DNA of 64,000 bases, from NCBI GenBank assembly GCA_964422035.1, contig CAYQZQ010000001.1, positions 587,786 through 651,785 on the forward strand. Reading direction: 5' to 3'. Shown here piece after piece: positions 37,509-46,806 of this stretch. The DNA comes from an uncultured Pseudomonadales bacterium. GTDB taxonomy: Bacteria > Patescibacteriota > Microgenomatia > UBA1400 > Chazhemtobacteraceae. The notes below the pieces were generated by a model that worked only from the letters and a program-made list of their open reading frames with translations, was not told where the DNA came from and did no database searches. The position numbers were made by a program, and so were the translations under genes. Position 1 is the stretch's first letter. Each line of letters opens with the position of its first letter.

Positions 37509-38189
37509 TTATTGGTTAGAAAGTGCTGAGGATTGTTCTTGATTGGTGCTTTCTTGTTGATCTTGTGAAGGGGGCGAAGATTGGGGTTGATCTTTTTTAA
37601 AAACAATTTTATCTTTGGGCTTGTCGGTTTTGCCGATGATTTTTACTTGGGACAAAAGAATGCCTTCAACCACTAAGCCTTTATCATCAAAAAGCTGGGT
37701 CAGTTCCTTTTCAAGAGCTTTTTCAATAGCGGTTCTTTGTGAACGAATCTGCTCGGCTTTAATTTGAGTGAAGATATTGGAGATTCTTGAGCGGGCAAAG
37801 GGACGGACTACTTTGGAGACGAAGTTGTCACCTATGTTTTCCCAAAGTTCGGGAGCATTTTTTTTGTCAATTCTGAAAAGAACTGAACCTTCTACAGAGA
37901 TTTCCTGGCCATCTTGGGTGGTGGTGGTTATAGCTTTATCCCCTAGAGCTTCTTTGTTTTTAGGATTAAAGTTTTCAACTATCGAGTATTCGAGTATTTG
38001 AGCGTTGAAGAGCTTGGCAACCTGCCAGAATGGAATCTTAAGGTGCAAACCCGGACCCCAGACTCGATGAAGAACTCCTCTACCCCTGTCATAGATACAA
38101 GCAACGTGGCCGGGGGGCACAGAGACGAAAAAACCTCCAACTACTTCATCTACCAGAAAGCTGACTATTAGTTTGTCAAAATCTGCCAT
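37509..38189 (-). CDS. SPFH/band-7 (prohibitin/stomatin-like) membrane protein with Gln/Ser-rich tail
   Basis: An N-terminal hydrophobic segment, then an SPFH core ('IPFWQVAKLFNAQILEYSIVENFNPKNKEALGDKAITTTTQDGQEISVEGSVLFRI') and a coiled coil. Confidence 0.7.
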   Translation of the reverse strand: MADFDKLIVSFLVDEVVGGFFVSVPPGHVACIYDRGRGVLHRVWGPGLHLKIPFWQVAKLFNAQILEYSIVENFNPKNKEALGDKAITTTTQDGQEISVEGSVLFRIDKKNAPELWENIGDNFVSKVVRPFARSRISNIFTQIKAEQIRSQRTAIEKALEKELTQLFDDKGLVVEGILLSQVKIIGKTDKPKDKIVFKKDQPQSSPPSQDQQESTNQEQSSALSNQ

Positions 38190-38533
38190 ATTATTGTGTG
38201 GTGCTTAATTGTTGATTGTTACTAGTCTCTTCAGATTGGAATTCAGATTGACCTGGGGGGAATATCTGAAGGGCTTACTATCCATGTATGATACCAGAAA
38301 ACTAGCTGTATGACTAATTAAAATACTATGGAAAGAAGTAGGGTGGTTATATGGAATCACGAGAGAGTCTCTAGTGAAGTTTTAATACCTTTTAGGCAAG
38401 TTTTCTTTTTTCTTCAGCCGTTATTTGTACCCTGAGTTTGACTGGTAAAAGAATAATGAGAATGATTAAAGCAAAGGCTATAGTGGCTATTAGGTTGTTA
38501 GAAGAGGACTAATTGAGGAAGGTGATAGAAGAC

Positions 38534-39394
38534 TCAATCACTGTTGGTTGTATTTTGCAATTTTTGTGTTTGTTTGGTAAGTTGAGAGGCAATTTTAGGA
38601 TAAAGAGGGCGGGGGTGAAAATAGGCTGAATGAAGAGTAATGGTTTCTTGAGTGAGTTTGGGCTTCATATATAGATACTGGAGAGTAAAAAGGAGTAGGT
38701 TTAAAGGAGCTAATAGGTAGGTGAAAGGGGAAGCTTTGTTTTTTGATTGTTTTTTGTTAAAAGATTGGTAAGCGTTGGATAAGTGTTTTTTTACCCACGA
38801 GTTTTGAGATAAAAGTTGTTGGTGCGTATTGTGGCGGTCAAAAAGAGGTCTGACTTGAAGTATTTCATGGGCTGTATAGAGATTGCGCTTGGGTTCGGGA
38901 ACAGAGAGACCTAGAGAGTCAAGCCAGAGATTGTTGCAGATGTCATTTGAAGTAATAGCTGTTTTTTGAGGACGGCGGCGAGAGAAAAAAAGTTTGGTTA
39001 TGATGAAAACAAAGGGTCTGGTTATCCAAAGAGTGTGAGGGGTGGTGACAATTAAAATGTCAATGTCGTCTTGAGGACGGGCGTTGTTGACGGCTATTGA
39101 ACCGGTGGCAGCGATTAGATTGATAGTGGGAATGTGTTTTATAAAACTGGTAAGGCGTTGGGCTACTTTTAGCTTTTTTTGACTAATTTTTGTTCTTTTT
39201 TGACGCTTGGGGGTTAGTTGAGAGTGAATATGTTTTTTAAGTTGAGGTGCTTGATTGATAAAGTCTTTTAGCTGCTTTTTGGAGATAATGTGGGGAGAGA
39301 TTAGTCTTTGGTGCAGATCAGTTAAGCTAAGATCATAATCGAAAAAACGGGCATACTGAATCGTGGCAGCGACCGTCTGGTCAAGAGAGGTCAT
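38534..39394 (-). CDS. Hypothetical protein with possible nucleotidyltransferase-fold core (GS...DxD)
   Basis: 286 aa. 'LIAATGSIAVNNARPQDDIDILIVT' resembles the minimal-NTase (Pol-beta superfamily) motif. The call is weak. Confidence 0.3.
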   Translation of the reverse strand: MTSLDQTVAATIQYARFFDYDLSLTDLHQRLISPHIISKKQLKDFINQAPQLKKHIHSQLTPKRQKRTKISQKKLKVAQRLTSFIKHIPTINLIAATGSIAVNNARPQDDIDILIVTTPHTLWITRPFVFIITKLFFSRRRPQKTAITSNDICNNLWLDSLGLSVPEPKRNLYTAHEILQVRPLFDRHNTHQQLLSQNSWVKKHLSNAYQSFNKKQSKNKASPFTYLLAPLNLLLFTLQYLYMKPKLTQETITLHSAYFHPRPLYPKIASQLTKQTQKLQNTTNSD

Positions 39395-40962
39395 TGGGCA
39401 GAGTTGAGCTGATATTGAGACAGCACTTGGTTGAAGCCATTTTGTAAGGTGGAAATGGCTTCATCGTCGTTGGGGTTTTTACCTAGAGCATTTAGAGCAT
39501 CTTCTAGGTATTTTATAAGACGAGAGTTGATTCCGGAGGTGCCATCGTGGGTAGAGTCGGTAGTGTAAAAGGTTTGGGTAGAAGAAGTTTGCTGGACAAC
39601 TGGAGCCACTAAGGGATTGGTGGCAATTTGATTTTGAAGGTTTTTATTAGCTGGTGCCTGGGCGTATCCCCTAACCTGGTTGGCGGATTGAAATAAAGAT
39701 TGCTGGGCATTGGTGGAGGCGAGAAATTTGAGAAGTTGCCAGGAAAGTTGACTGTTCTTGCTTGATTTGGGAACAGCCTCTACCCAGAAGTTTGACCAAT
39801 TAACAACAGGGGCTTGAGGAAGCTGAGGTACGGGGTGAGTCTGCCAATTAAAAGCAGGGTTGGCTTGTTTAATCTGAGGAATGCGCCAGGTAGGGGCCAT
39901 ATAGAAGGCGAGTTTGCCTGAGATAAAGGCTTGGGTTGAGCTGGGAAGAGCGGTGCTCCAGGTGGGTTGTTGTGAGTTATTGAATAAAAGGTAGAATTTT
40001 AAAGTTTCCAGAGTTGGTTCAGCTTGCAGTTGGCTTAGATCAACTCCGTTTTGTAAAAGCATCAGAGAAACAATGTCAGGCCAGTGATCAACATTGGTGG
40101 TGGTACCCAAAGCCAAGCCGGCTTGGGTTATTTGCTTGGTGTCAGGGTTTTTTTTGGTGGTTTGGCGGGCTAACTTTTGAAGGTCAGGCCAGTTGGAGGG
40201 AACTTGAGCGTCACCGATTAGGTCGTGATTAACATACAAAACTAAGGAGTCGAAGTTGAGAGGAATGGCGTAGACTTGTCCGTTGATAAGAATTTGATTT
40301 GAGATTACAGAGTAAAAACTGGAGTTGATATCTGAAGAAGATAGTAGGCTTTGAGGAGCTGGTTGAAGTTGAGAAGCAAAAGAGGGAAGCCAAGTAGAGT
40401 GAATACGAACTATATCAGGGGGATTGTTTGAGGAAAGTGCAGTTTGCAGGCGCTGGCGGTAATCGGCTGATGATTGGCTCTTATAACTAACTTTTATATT
40501 TGGATTGTTTTTTTGGAATTGGTCAAAGACCGGTTGCATTATTTGAGGAGTTTCCCAGAGACCGTAGTAAGTAAGAGTGGTGTCTTTGGGGCTTTCTGCA
40601 GGCTTGTCTTGAAGAACAAACTTGTAAATCCCAAAGCCTATGGCGGAGACAACTACTATCCCTATTAGGGCTGGGGCGAGCCATTTAAAGGGAGATGTTT
40701 TGACTGGAGGCTTGGCGGGTTTGGGCTCAGGAGAATCGTTTTGTGGTGGTTGGTTTGATGGAGGCTGATCTATGGGCGGGGGTGGCGGCGAAGATGACTC
40801 TGTTTGATTAGATGGTTGTGAGCTTGGCTGAGAGGGAGGATTAGGTAGAGAAACAGCCTGATCGTTCAAGGGAGTTGGAGGAGCTGTTTCACTGGGTGGT
40901 TGATGAGGTTTGTTTTGAGATGATGAAGGATCGTTTAGAGGAGGATTGGGCAGATTGTCCAT
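39391..40962 (-). CDS. Extracellular solute-binding protein (ABC transporter family-1 SBP, sugar-type) with Pro-rich N-terminal stalk and TM anchor
   Basis: Pro/Ser/Gln-rich first about 90 aa, TM (LAPALIGIVVVSAIGFGIY), then an SBP_bac_1-like body ('TLTYYGLWETPQ...NPNIKVSYK...DIVRIHSTWLPSFA'). Confidence 0.65.
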   Translation of the reverse strand: MDNLPNPPLNDPSSSQNKPHQPPSETAPPTPLNDQAVSLPNPPSQPSSQPSNQTESSSPPPPPIDQPPSNQPPQNDSPEPKPAKPPVKTSPFKWLAPALIGIVVVSAIGFGIYKFVLQDKPAESPKDTTLTYYGLWETPQIMQPVFDQFQKNNPNIKVSYKSQSSADYRQRLQTALSSNNPPDIVRIHSTWLPSFASQLQPAPQSLLSSSDINSSFYSVISNQILINGQVYAIPLNFDSLVLYVNHDLIGDAQVPSNWPDLQKLARQTTKKNPDTKQITQAGLALGTTTNVDHWPDIVSLMLLQNGVDLSQLQAEPTLETLKFYLLFNNSQQPTWSTALPSSTQAFISGKLAFYMAPTWRIPQIKQANPAFNWQTHPVPQLPQAPVVNWSNFWVEAVPKSSKNSQLSWQLLKFLASTNAQQSLFQSANQVRGYAQAPANKNLQNQIATNPLVAPVVQQTSSTQTFYTTDSTHDGTSGINSRLIKYLEDALNALGKNPNDDEAISTLQNGFNQVLSQYQLNSAQ

Positions 40963-41037
40963 ATGTTTAAATAATTTTTGCTGTTAAATATGAGTATAAC
41001 AAGAAATGATGTATTAAGGTTATTGTAGAATAAAATT

Positions 41038-42828
41038 GTGAGCAAGAAAAAATGTTCTGTTAAACAATGGTGGAAAAAAGAGTGGGAGCTTCATCCCTTG
41101 TTGGCTAAGGTATTGATTGGTGTGGGGGTGGGAGTAATTTTGCTGGGAATAGTTATTGTTGCATATACTGCAGCGTATTGGAATATGGTTCTACCAGGAG
41201 TGAGGGTGGCTGGCTGGGAAGTTGGCAACAGAAATGGAGAAGAAGTGGCTAATCTAATTGAGGAGAGGATAAGTAGTAGTAATCCTGAGGTGGAGATAGC
41301 TTACGGCGAAGAAAAGAAAATTGTCAGTTGGGAAAAGATAGAAGGAGAAGTTGATGTGGCAAATACTGTTAATAAGGCCTGGACGGTGGGGAGAGAGGGA
41401 AGTTGGTTAGAAAGAGCAGGAAAAGCACAGAGGAGTTTTTTCGAAGGTGTGGATTTGAGTTTAAAGATTAAAGTAAATGAAGAGAGTTTGGATAAAATAA
41501 TTGAAGAAATAGAGGCAGTGATAAATGAAGAGCAGATTAAACCGAGTTTGATTATAGAAAATGAGAAGTTAATTTTGGAGAAGGGCAAGCAAGGTAGAAA
41601 GCTAGAAAGAGAAAAGTTGGAAGAGTTGATTTTGGCGGCCTTTGGCAACTGGGAAAACAAAGAAATTGAAGCACCAGTGAAGACCTTGGGGGAGAGGTTG
41701 AATGAAGAGAAAGCTAAGGAGGCGTTAAGTAAAGCTGAGCAGTTGTTGGGGAAAGAGATGGTGCTTGAGTATGATGGTAAAGACTGGATCCTTGGGGAAG
41801 AAGATTTATTAACGTGGGTAAAGATAAACGAAGGAGGAGGTTTTGATAGACAGGCAGTATCAGAAACTGTTGGCAGTTTGGCTGAGGGGATAAATCGAGA
41901 ATCTGAGAATGCTGCCTTTAAGTTTGAGGATGGACAGGTCAAGGAGTTTAGGGCGGCAAAGGAAGGATGGACTGTTAGAGAGAAAGAGCTCGTCGATAAA
42001 ATTATGGAGGCGTGGAATGAAATTTTGAGTAAAGATAAATTAAACATAAAAGTTCCGATCAGTAAAACTAAACCAGAAATCACAACAGGTGAGGTTAATA
42101 ACTTGGGCATTGAAGAGCTAATAGGCAGAGGTGACTCAACTTATTATCACTCTATCCCCAACCGAGTTCACAATGTTGGCTTGGCAGCTAGAAGAATAAG
42201 TGGAGCCTTAATTGAACCAGGAGAGGTTTTTTCTTTTAATGAGCATTTAGGAGATGTGTCACAAGCCACGGGATACAAAAGTGCTTATGTAATCAGCAAC
42301 GGAAGAACAGAGCTGGGTGATGGTGGGGGTGTTTGCCAGGTGTCGACGACGATGTTTAGGGCAGCATTGGATGCGGGACTACCTATAGTTGAAAGACATG
42401 CTCATTCGTATAGAGTTTCTTATTATGAGCAAGACTCACCTGCGGGTATTGACGCAACAGTGTTTGCCCCTAGAGTGGATTTGAAGTTTAAAAATAATAC
42501 ACCCAGTCATATTCTTATTCAAGCAGTGGTTGATGAAAGTAATCGTTATCTAGCGTTTGAAATTTATGGAACGGATGATGGTAGAAGTGTTGAGATTAGC
42601 AAACCAAAAGTGTGGGGGCAGACACCTCCACCGCCGCCCTTATATGAAGATGACCCAACTTTGCCAGAAGGGCAGGTAAAACAAATTGACTGGGCAGCTT
42701 GGGGAGCAAAAGCAAGTTTTGATTACGAAGTTGTGTCTGCAGACGGGGAAGTGCTTATTGATGACAGTTTTTACAGCAATTACCAACCCTGGCAAGCGAT
42801 TTATTTGAGAGGAACAAAGAAAGAGTAA
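41038..42828 (+). CDS. VanW-family protein (N-terminal TM, extended linker, VanW domain)
   Basis: 'GGGVCQVSTTMFRAALDAGLPIVERHAHSYRVSYYE' is the conserved VanW core. 596 aa. Confidence 0.75.
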   Translation: MSKKKCSVKQWWKKEWELHPLLAKVLIGVGVGVILLGIVIVAYTAAYWNMVLPGVRVAGWEVGNRNGEEVANLIEERISSSNPEVEIAYGEEKKIVSWEKIEGEVDVANTVNKAWTVGREGSWLERAGKAQRSFFEGVDLSLKIKVNEESLDKIIEEIEAVINEEQIKPSLIIENEKLILEKGKQGRKLEREKLEELILAAFGNWENKEIEAPVKTLGERLNEEKAKEALSKAEQLLGKEMVLEYDGKDWILGEEDLLTWVKINEGGGFDRQAVSETVGSLAEGINRESENAAFKFEDGQVKEFRAAKEGWTVREKELVDKIMEAWNEILSKDKLNIKVPISKTKPEITTGEVNNLGIEELIGRGDSTYYHSIPNRVHNVGLAARRISGALIEPGEVFSFNEHLGDVSQATGYKSAYVISNGRTELGDGGGVCQVSTTMFRAALDAGLPIVERHAHSYRVSYYEQDSPAGIDATVFAPRVDLKFKNNTPSHILIQAVVDESNRYLAFEIYGTDDGRSVEISKPKVWGQTPPPPPLYEDDPTLPEGQVKQIDWAAWGAKASFDYEVVSADGEVLIDDSFYSNYQPWQAIYLRGTKKE

Positions 42829-42834
42829 TATTTT

Positions 42835-43857
42835 ATGATTTTGTCTATTGAAAGTAGTTGTGATGAAACAGGAGCGGCTGTGGTGAGAAAACAGAGACAG
42901 GGAGTTGAGATAATGGCCTCTGTTAAAGCCAGTAGTGAGGAGCTGCAGACCGAGTACGGTGGGGTAGTACCGGAAGTAGCAGCAAGAGAACAAATAAAGG
43001 TGGTTTTGCCTGTAATTGAAAGAGTTATGAGTAAGGCAGGGGTTGATAAAGATGATATTGGAGCGGTGGCAGTAACGGTGGGGCCGGGTCTAATGGGCAG
43101 TTTGTTAATTGGAGTGGAGACTAGCAAAGCTCTGTCTTGGGGGTGGGACAAGAAGCTTTTGGCAGTTAATCATATGCAAGGACATGTATTGGCAAACTGG
43201 ATTAAACAAGAAAATGGCTGGAAGCCTCCTACTCTACCAGCCTTAGCCTTGGTGGTAAGCGGGGGGCACACTGATTTAGTGTTGATTGAAAGTTTAGATG
43301 AGTGGAGTCGAGTGGGAGGAACAAGAGATGATGCAGCAGGAGAATGTTTTGACAAGGCGGCAAGGGCGTTGGGGTTGGGTTATCCAGGGGGGCCGGAGAT
43401 TGAAAGATGGGCAGGGAAAATAAATAAAAGCAGGTTTAAGCTACCCAGGCCGCTTATACATGATGATGGTCTGGAGTTGAGTTTTAGTGGCTTGAAAACG
43501 GCTGTGGTGAGAGAGGTGGAGAAAGCGGAAGATTTGGATGAACAGGTGCGATCAGAGTTAGCCTGGGAAATAAATGAGGCAGTGGTTGATGTCTTGGCGG
43601 AGAAAACAAAACGGGCGGTAGTTAAGTTTGCACCTGAAAGTTTATTGTTGGCAGGAGGGGTGGCGGCAAACAGAAAATTGCGAGATAGATTAAGTGATAT
43701 GTCTGGTAAATGGGGGCTTGATTTTAGAGTGCCTGATTTTGCCTTTTGTACTGATAATGCAGCAATGATTGGAGCGGCGGCGGTAATGATGGAAACAAAA
43801 GTAGACAAGTTAAGTTTGAGGCCGAAGGTAAATTTAGGTACGGCTGAGCAGGTGTGA
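42835..43857 (+). CDS. tsaD: tRNA N6-adenosine threonylcarbamoyltransferase TsaD (Kae1/Gcp)
   Basis: 'MILSIESSCDETGAAVV', 'VNHMQGHVLANW' (HxxH metal site), 'SGGHTDL' and 'GECFDKAAR'. Confidence 0.9.
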   Translation: MILSIESSCDETGAAVVRKQRQGVEIMASVKASSEELQTEYGGVVPEVAAREQIKVVLPVIERVMSKAGVDKDDIGAVAVTVGPGLMGSLLIGVETSKALSWGWDKKLLAVNHMQGHVLANWIKQENGWKPPTLPALALVVSGGHTDLVLIESLDEWSRVGGTRDDAAGECFDKAARALGLGYPGGPEIERWAGKINKSRFKLPRPLIHDDGLELSFSGLKTAVVREVEKAEDLDEQVRSELAWEINEAVVDVLAEKTKRAVVKFAPESLLLAGGVAANRKLRDRLSDMSGKWGLDFRVPDFAFCTDNAAMIGAAAVMMETKVDKLSLRPKVNLGTAEQV

Positions 43858-43864
43858 TAAAATT

Positions 43865-44015
43865 TAGCTACTGAGACGTTGATCAGGTTAGTCACCTGAG
43901 AGTCGAGAAAGGAAAGGCCTTTGTGGCCAAGTAGAGTTCTCCGGGCAAGCCCGTAACAGCTGGAATAGTTAGAAAACAAGGTGGTACCGCGAGACATTCG
44001 CCCTTGGCCGTTTAA
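43865..44015 (+). promoter_or_regulatory. T-box riboswitch leader preceding valS
   Basis: 'AACAAGGTGGTACCGCGAG' at 43955-43974 contains the invariant T-box core GGUGGUACCGCG. An upstream stem-I-like region carries AGAGA and a GUC (Val codon). A terminator-like hairpin CCUUGGCC-GUUUAA-GGUCGGGG plus U-tract ends about 30 nt before the valS ATG. Confidence 0.6.
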
Positions 44016-44046
44016 GGTCGGGGTGTTTTTATTTATATAAACAAAC

Positions 44047-46248
44047 ATGGACAAACGATACTCGTTTGAAAAAGAACAAGAAATTTATAAGAAATGGGAG
44101 GATAATGGGGTTTTTGAAGCACCTGACAAAAAGGAGGCTGAAGAGAAAAGTCTTGAGGCTTTTAGTATTATCATGCCTCCACCAAATGCAAATGATCCTT
44201 TACATATTGGCCATGCTTTATTTGTGTCGCTTGAGGATTTATTGGCTAGATATGAGCGAATGCAAGGGAAAGCTGTGCTTTGGTTGCCAGGGGCGGATCA
44301 TGCAGGAATAGAGACTCAGTATGTTTTTGAAGACAAGTTAGCTAAAATGGATAAAAGCCGGTTTGATTTTGATCGTGAGAGCTTGTTTGAAAAGATAAGT
44401 TATTATGTTGAAGAGAAGAGTGGAGTGGCGATTGATCAGATGAAAAGACTGGGGGCAAGCGCGGATTGGAGCAGGTTTAAATACACACTTGACGGAGATG
44501 TGATCTCATATGTAAACAAAACTTTTAAAAAGTTGTATAAAGACGATCTGGTATATCGTGATGAAAGACTGGTTAATTACTGCACCAGTTGTGGAACAAG
44601 TTATTCTGAACTGGAAGTTGAATACAGAGAAAATGAGGGAAAGTTGTATATTATTAGCTATCCTCTGGTAGAGGGTGAGGGGGATGTTAAAGTAGCAACA
44701 ACCAGGCCGGAGACAATGTTGGGAGACACGGCAGTGGCGGTTAATCCGGATGACAAGCGATATAAAGATCTGGTAGGCAAGAAAGTGAAGCTGCCATTGG
44801 TGGGAAGAGAGATAGAAATTATCGCTGATGAGAAGGTTGATAAAGAGCTAGGTACGGGAGCGGTTAAAGTTACTCCGGCTCATGATGAGACTGATTGGAG
44901 AATTGGAGTTGATCATGATCTGGAAATGATAAAGGTGATTAAGATGGATGGAACTATGAGTGAAAAAGCAGGGGAGTTTGCAGGCTTGAAAGTCAACGAG
45001 GCTCGTGAGAAGGTGATTGAGAAGTTAAATGAAGAAGAGCGATTGATTGAGACAAGGAACCATAAGCATCGGGTGGGTCATTGTTATCGATGCGATGAAA
45101 TAATTGAACCCCTACCGCATTTGCAGTTTTTTATAAAAGTTAAGCCTTTGGTAAAAGAAGTTCTAAAGGCTTTGGATGATGAAAAAGTGGAGATTGTGGG
45201 GCCGGGACAGGAAAAAGTAATGAGACACTGGTTGGAAAACTTAAGAGACTGGAACATATCAAGGCAGATTGTCTGGGGAATAAGGATGCCTGTTTGGTAC
45301 AGTACTGAGTTAAACCCTGAACTTAAAGTGGTGTTTTTAGATAAAAAAGGAGAGAAAATTAAAGGCGAGGTAGGTAAATTGATAGATAAATATACTTTGG
45401 CTGAAATTGAGGATGGGCTGCAAGAACTGCAGGCAAAAAAGGATAGTGAGTTTGTGGTTTCTGAGAATAAGCCAGGAGATGAGTTTTTGCAGGAGACAGA
45501 CACTTTTGATACTTGGTTTTCCTCCTCACAGTGGCCAGTGGTGAGTTTGAAGACTAATAGACAGGGAGATTTTGAGTACTACTACCCTACTTCCATTATG
45601 GAAACAGCTTATGATATTTTGATTTTCTGGGTGATGAGAATGTTGATGATGGGGATTTATTTAACTGATCAGGTGCCGTTTGAGAGAGTGTACCTGCATG
45701 GGTTAATTAGAGATGAAGAAGGAGAAAAGATGAGTAAATCAAAGGGAAATGTAATTAATCCCTTAACGATGATTGAAAAGTATGGGGCAGATGCCTTGCG
45801 AATGGGACTGGTGATGAGTTCTGCGGCAGGACAAGATAAAAATGTGGGAGAAAGTGACATTAAAGGTATGAGAAACTTTGCTAATAAAATATGGAATGCG
45901 GCAAGATTTATCGAGATGAGTGCTGGTGATGAAGATGGTGATTGCAAGGGAGACGAGAAGTTTTTTGAAAGTCTAGATCAAGTAACAACTGACGTGGGTG
46001 AACATCTGGATAATTTGAGAGTTGGCCTGGCGGCTGAGACAGCACATAATAAGTTCTGGCACTGGTATTGTGATGAATGTATTGAAAAAACAAAACAGGG
46101 TGAAATTGGCCAGGCGGCTCTGCAGAAAGGCTTGCGAGTATTTTTGAAATTGCTGCATCCGTTTGTTCCGTTTGTAACCGAGTCGGTTTGGCAGGAGTTG
46201 GGTGAGGAGGGATTGTTGATCGAACAGAACTGGCCTAGTATAAAATAA
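44047..46248 (+). CDS. valS: Valine--tRNA ligase (compact form lacking long C-terminal coiled coil)
   Basis: 'IIMPPPNANDPLHIGHAL' (ValRS-type HIGH), the 'CTSCGTSYSELE' editing region and 'KMSKSKGNVINP'. 733 aa. Confidence 0.9.
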   Translation: MDKRYSFEKEQEIYKKWEDNGVFEAPDKKEAEEKSLEAFSIIMPPPNANDPLHIGHALFVSLEDLLARYERMQGKAVLWLPGADHAGIETQYVFEDKLAKMDKSRFDFDRESLFEKISYYVEEKSGVAIDQMKRLGASADWSRFKYTLDGDVISYVNKTFKKLYKDDLVYRDERLVNYCTSCGTSYSELEVEYRENEGKLYIISYPLVEGEGDVKVATTRPETMLGDTAVAVNPDDKRYKDLVGKKVKLPLVGREIEIIADEKVDKELGTGAVKVTPAHDETDWRIGVDHDLEMIKVIKMDGTMSEKAGEFAGLKVNEAREKVIEKLNEEERLIETRNHKHRVGHCYRCDEIIEPLPHLQFFIKVKPLVKEVLKALDDEKVEIVGPGQEKVMRHWLENLRDWNISRQIVWGIRMPVWYSTELNPELKVVFLDKKGEKIKGEVGKLIDKYTLAEIEDGLQELQAKKDSEFVVSENKPGDEFLQETDTFDTWFSSSQWPVVSLKTNRQGDFEYYYPTSIMETAYDILIFWVMRMLMMGIYLTDQVPFERVYLHGLIRDEEGEKMSKSKGNVINPLTMIEKYGADALRMGLVMSSAAGQDKNVGESDIKGMRNFANKIWNAARFIEMSAGDEDGDCKGDEKFFESLDQVTTDVGEHLDNLRVGLAAETAHNKFWHWYCDECIEKTKQGEIGQAALQKGLRVFLKLLHPFVPFVTESVWQELGEEGLLIEQNWPSIK

Positions 46249-46252
46249 ACTA

Positions 46253-46804
46253 GTGACGAAAAAAAATAAACAAGAAAGCAAGCAAAAACAAGATGAGGGC
46301 AGCGCAAAAGGTTTGTTTTATAGTTCTCCACTGATATTAGGACTGAAGAGTTTGATTCCGGTTCTTGTGGTTTTATTAATTTCTGTGTTAGCTTTGAGAT
46401 CTACCCAGGGGAGCAGAAAAAGAGCTTTGATGAAGACGGGGGAAGAGGTTGGCTCTCCCCTAGCCCATCGAGAGTTGGCTAAAAAGGCGGCATTGGCTAA
46501 TGACTATCAGTTAGCTGAGAAAGAGTATTTTAGAGGTCTTGATCTGGTTGATAATCAGTCGGCTGTATTGGGTTGGGAGTCTGATCTTGAGTCTGTTGTG
46601 TTTCCTGACAGGAGTTTGAGGAAAAGAATAGAGAGATGGCTTGAGTTGGTAGAGAGAACTGCTTCAAGGGAGATATATCTTAAGATTGCAATCGGTTATT
46701 GGAAGTTGGGAGAGAAAGAGTCAAGCTTTGAGTATTGGGAAAAAGCAAGCAAGCTTGACCCAAATGACAGACAAGTTCTTGAAGTAAAACAGTTATATAA
46801 CTGA
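46253..46804 (+). CDS. Hypothetical membrane-anchored protein with TPR-like helical C-terminal domain
   Basis: 183 aa, with a TM (LILGLKSLIPVLVVLLISVLAL) and helical repeats ('YQLAEKEYFRGLDL', 'YLKIAIGYWKLGE', 'YWEKASKLDPN'). Confidence 0.4.
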   Translation: MTKKNKQESKQKQDEGSAKGLFYSSPLILGLKSLIPVLVVLLISVLALRSTQGSRKRALMKTGEEVGSPLAHRELAKKAALANDYQLAEKEYFRGLDLVDNQSAVLGWESDLESVVFPDRSLRKRIERWLELVERTASREIYLKIAIGYWKLGEKESSFEYWEKASKLDPNDRQVLEVKQLYN

Positions 46805-46806
46805 GA

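Noticed and set aside
38190-38533. 340-bp gene-free spacer searched for ncRNA (RNase P RNA, tmRNA, SRP, 6S)
   Set aside because: No conserved RNase P (GGAAAGUCCGGGCUCC / AGGGUGAAA), tmRNA tag or SRP domain IV motifs were seen by eye. It is left unannotated; a covariance-model scan could still find something.
43380-44054. 224 aa minus-strand ORF
   Set aside because: It is entirely antisense to tsaD, which has strong Kae1/TsaD motifs, and to the T-box leader. It has no motif and a Ser/Leu-rich composition.
45084-46331. Several 60-140 aa ORFs antisense to valS
   Set aside because: All lie inside the strongly supported valS frame. The translations are Ser/Cys/Leu-rich and motif-free.
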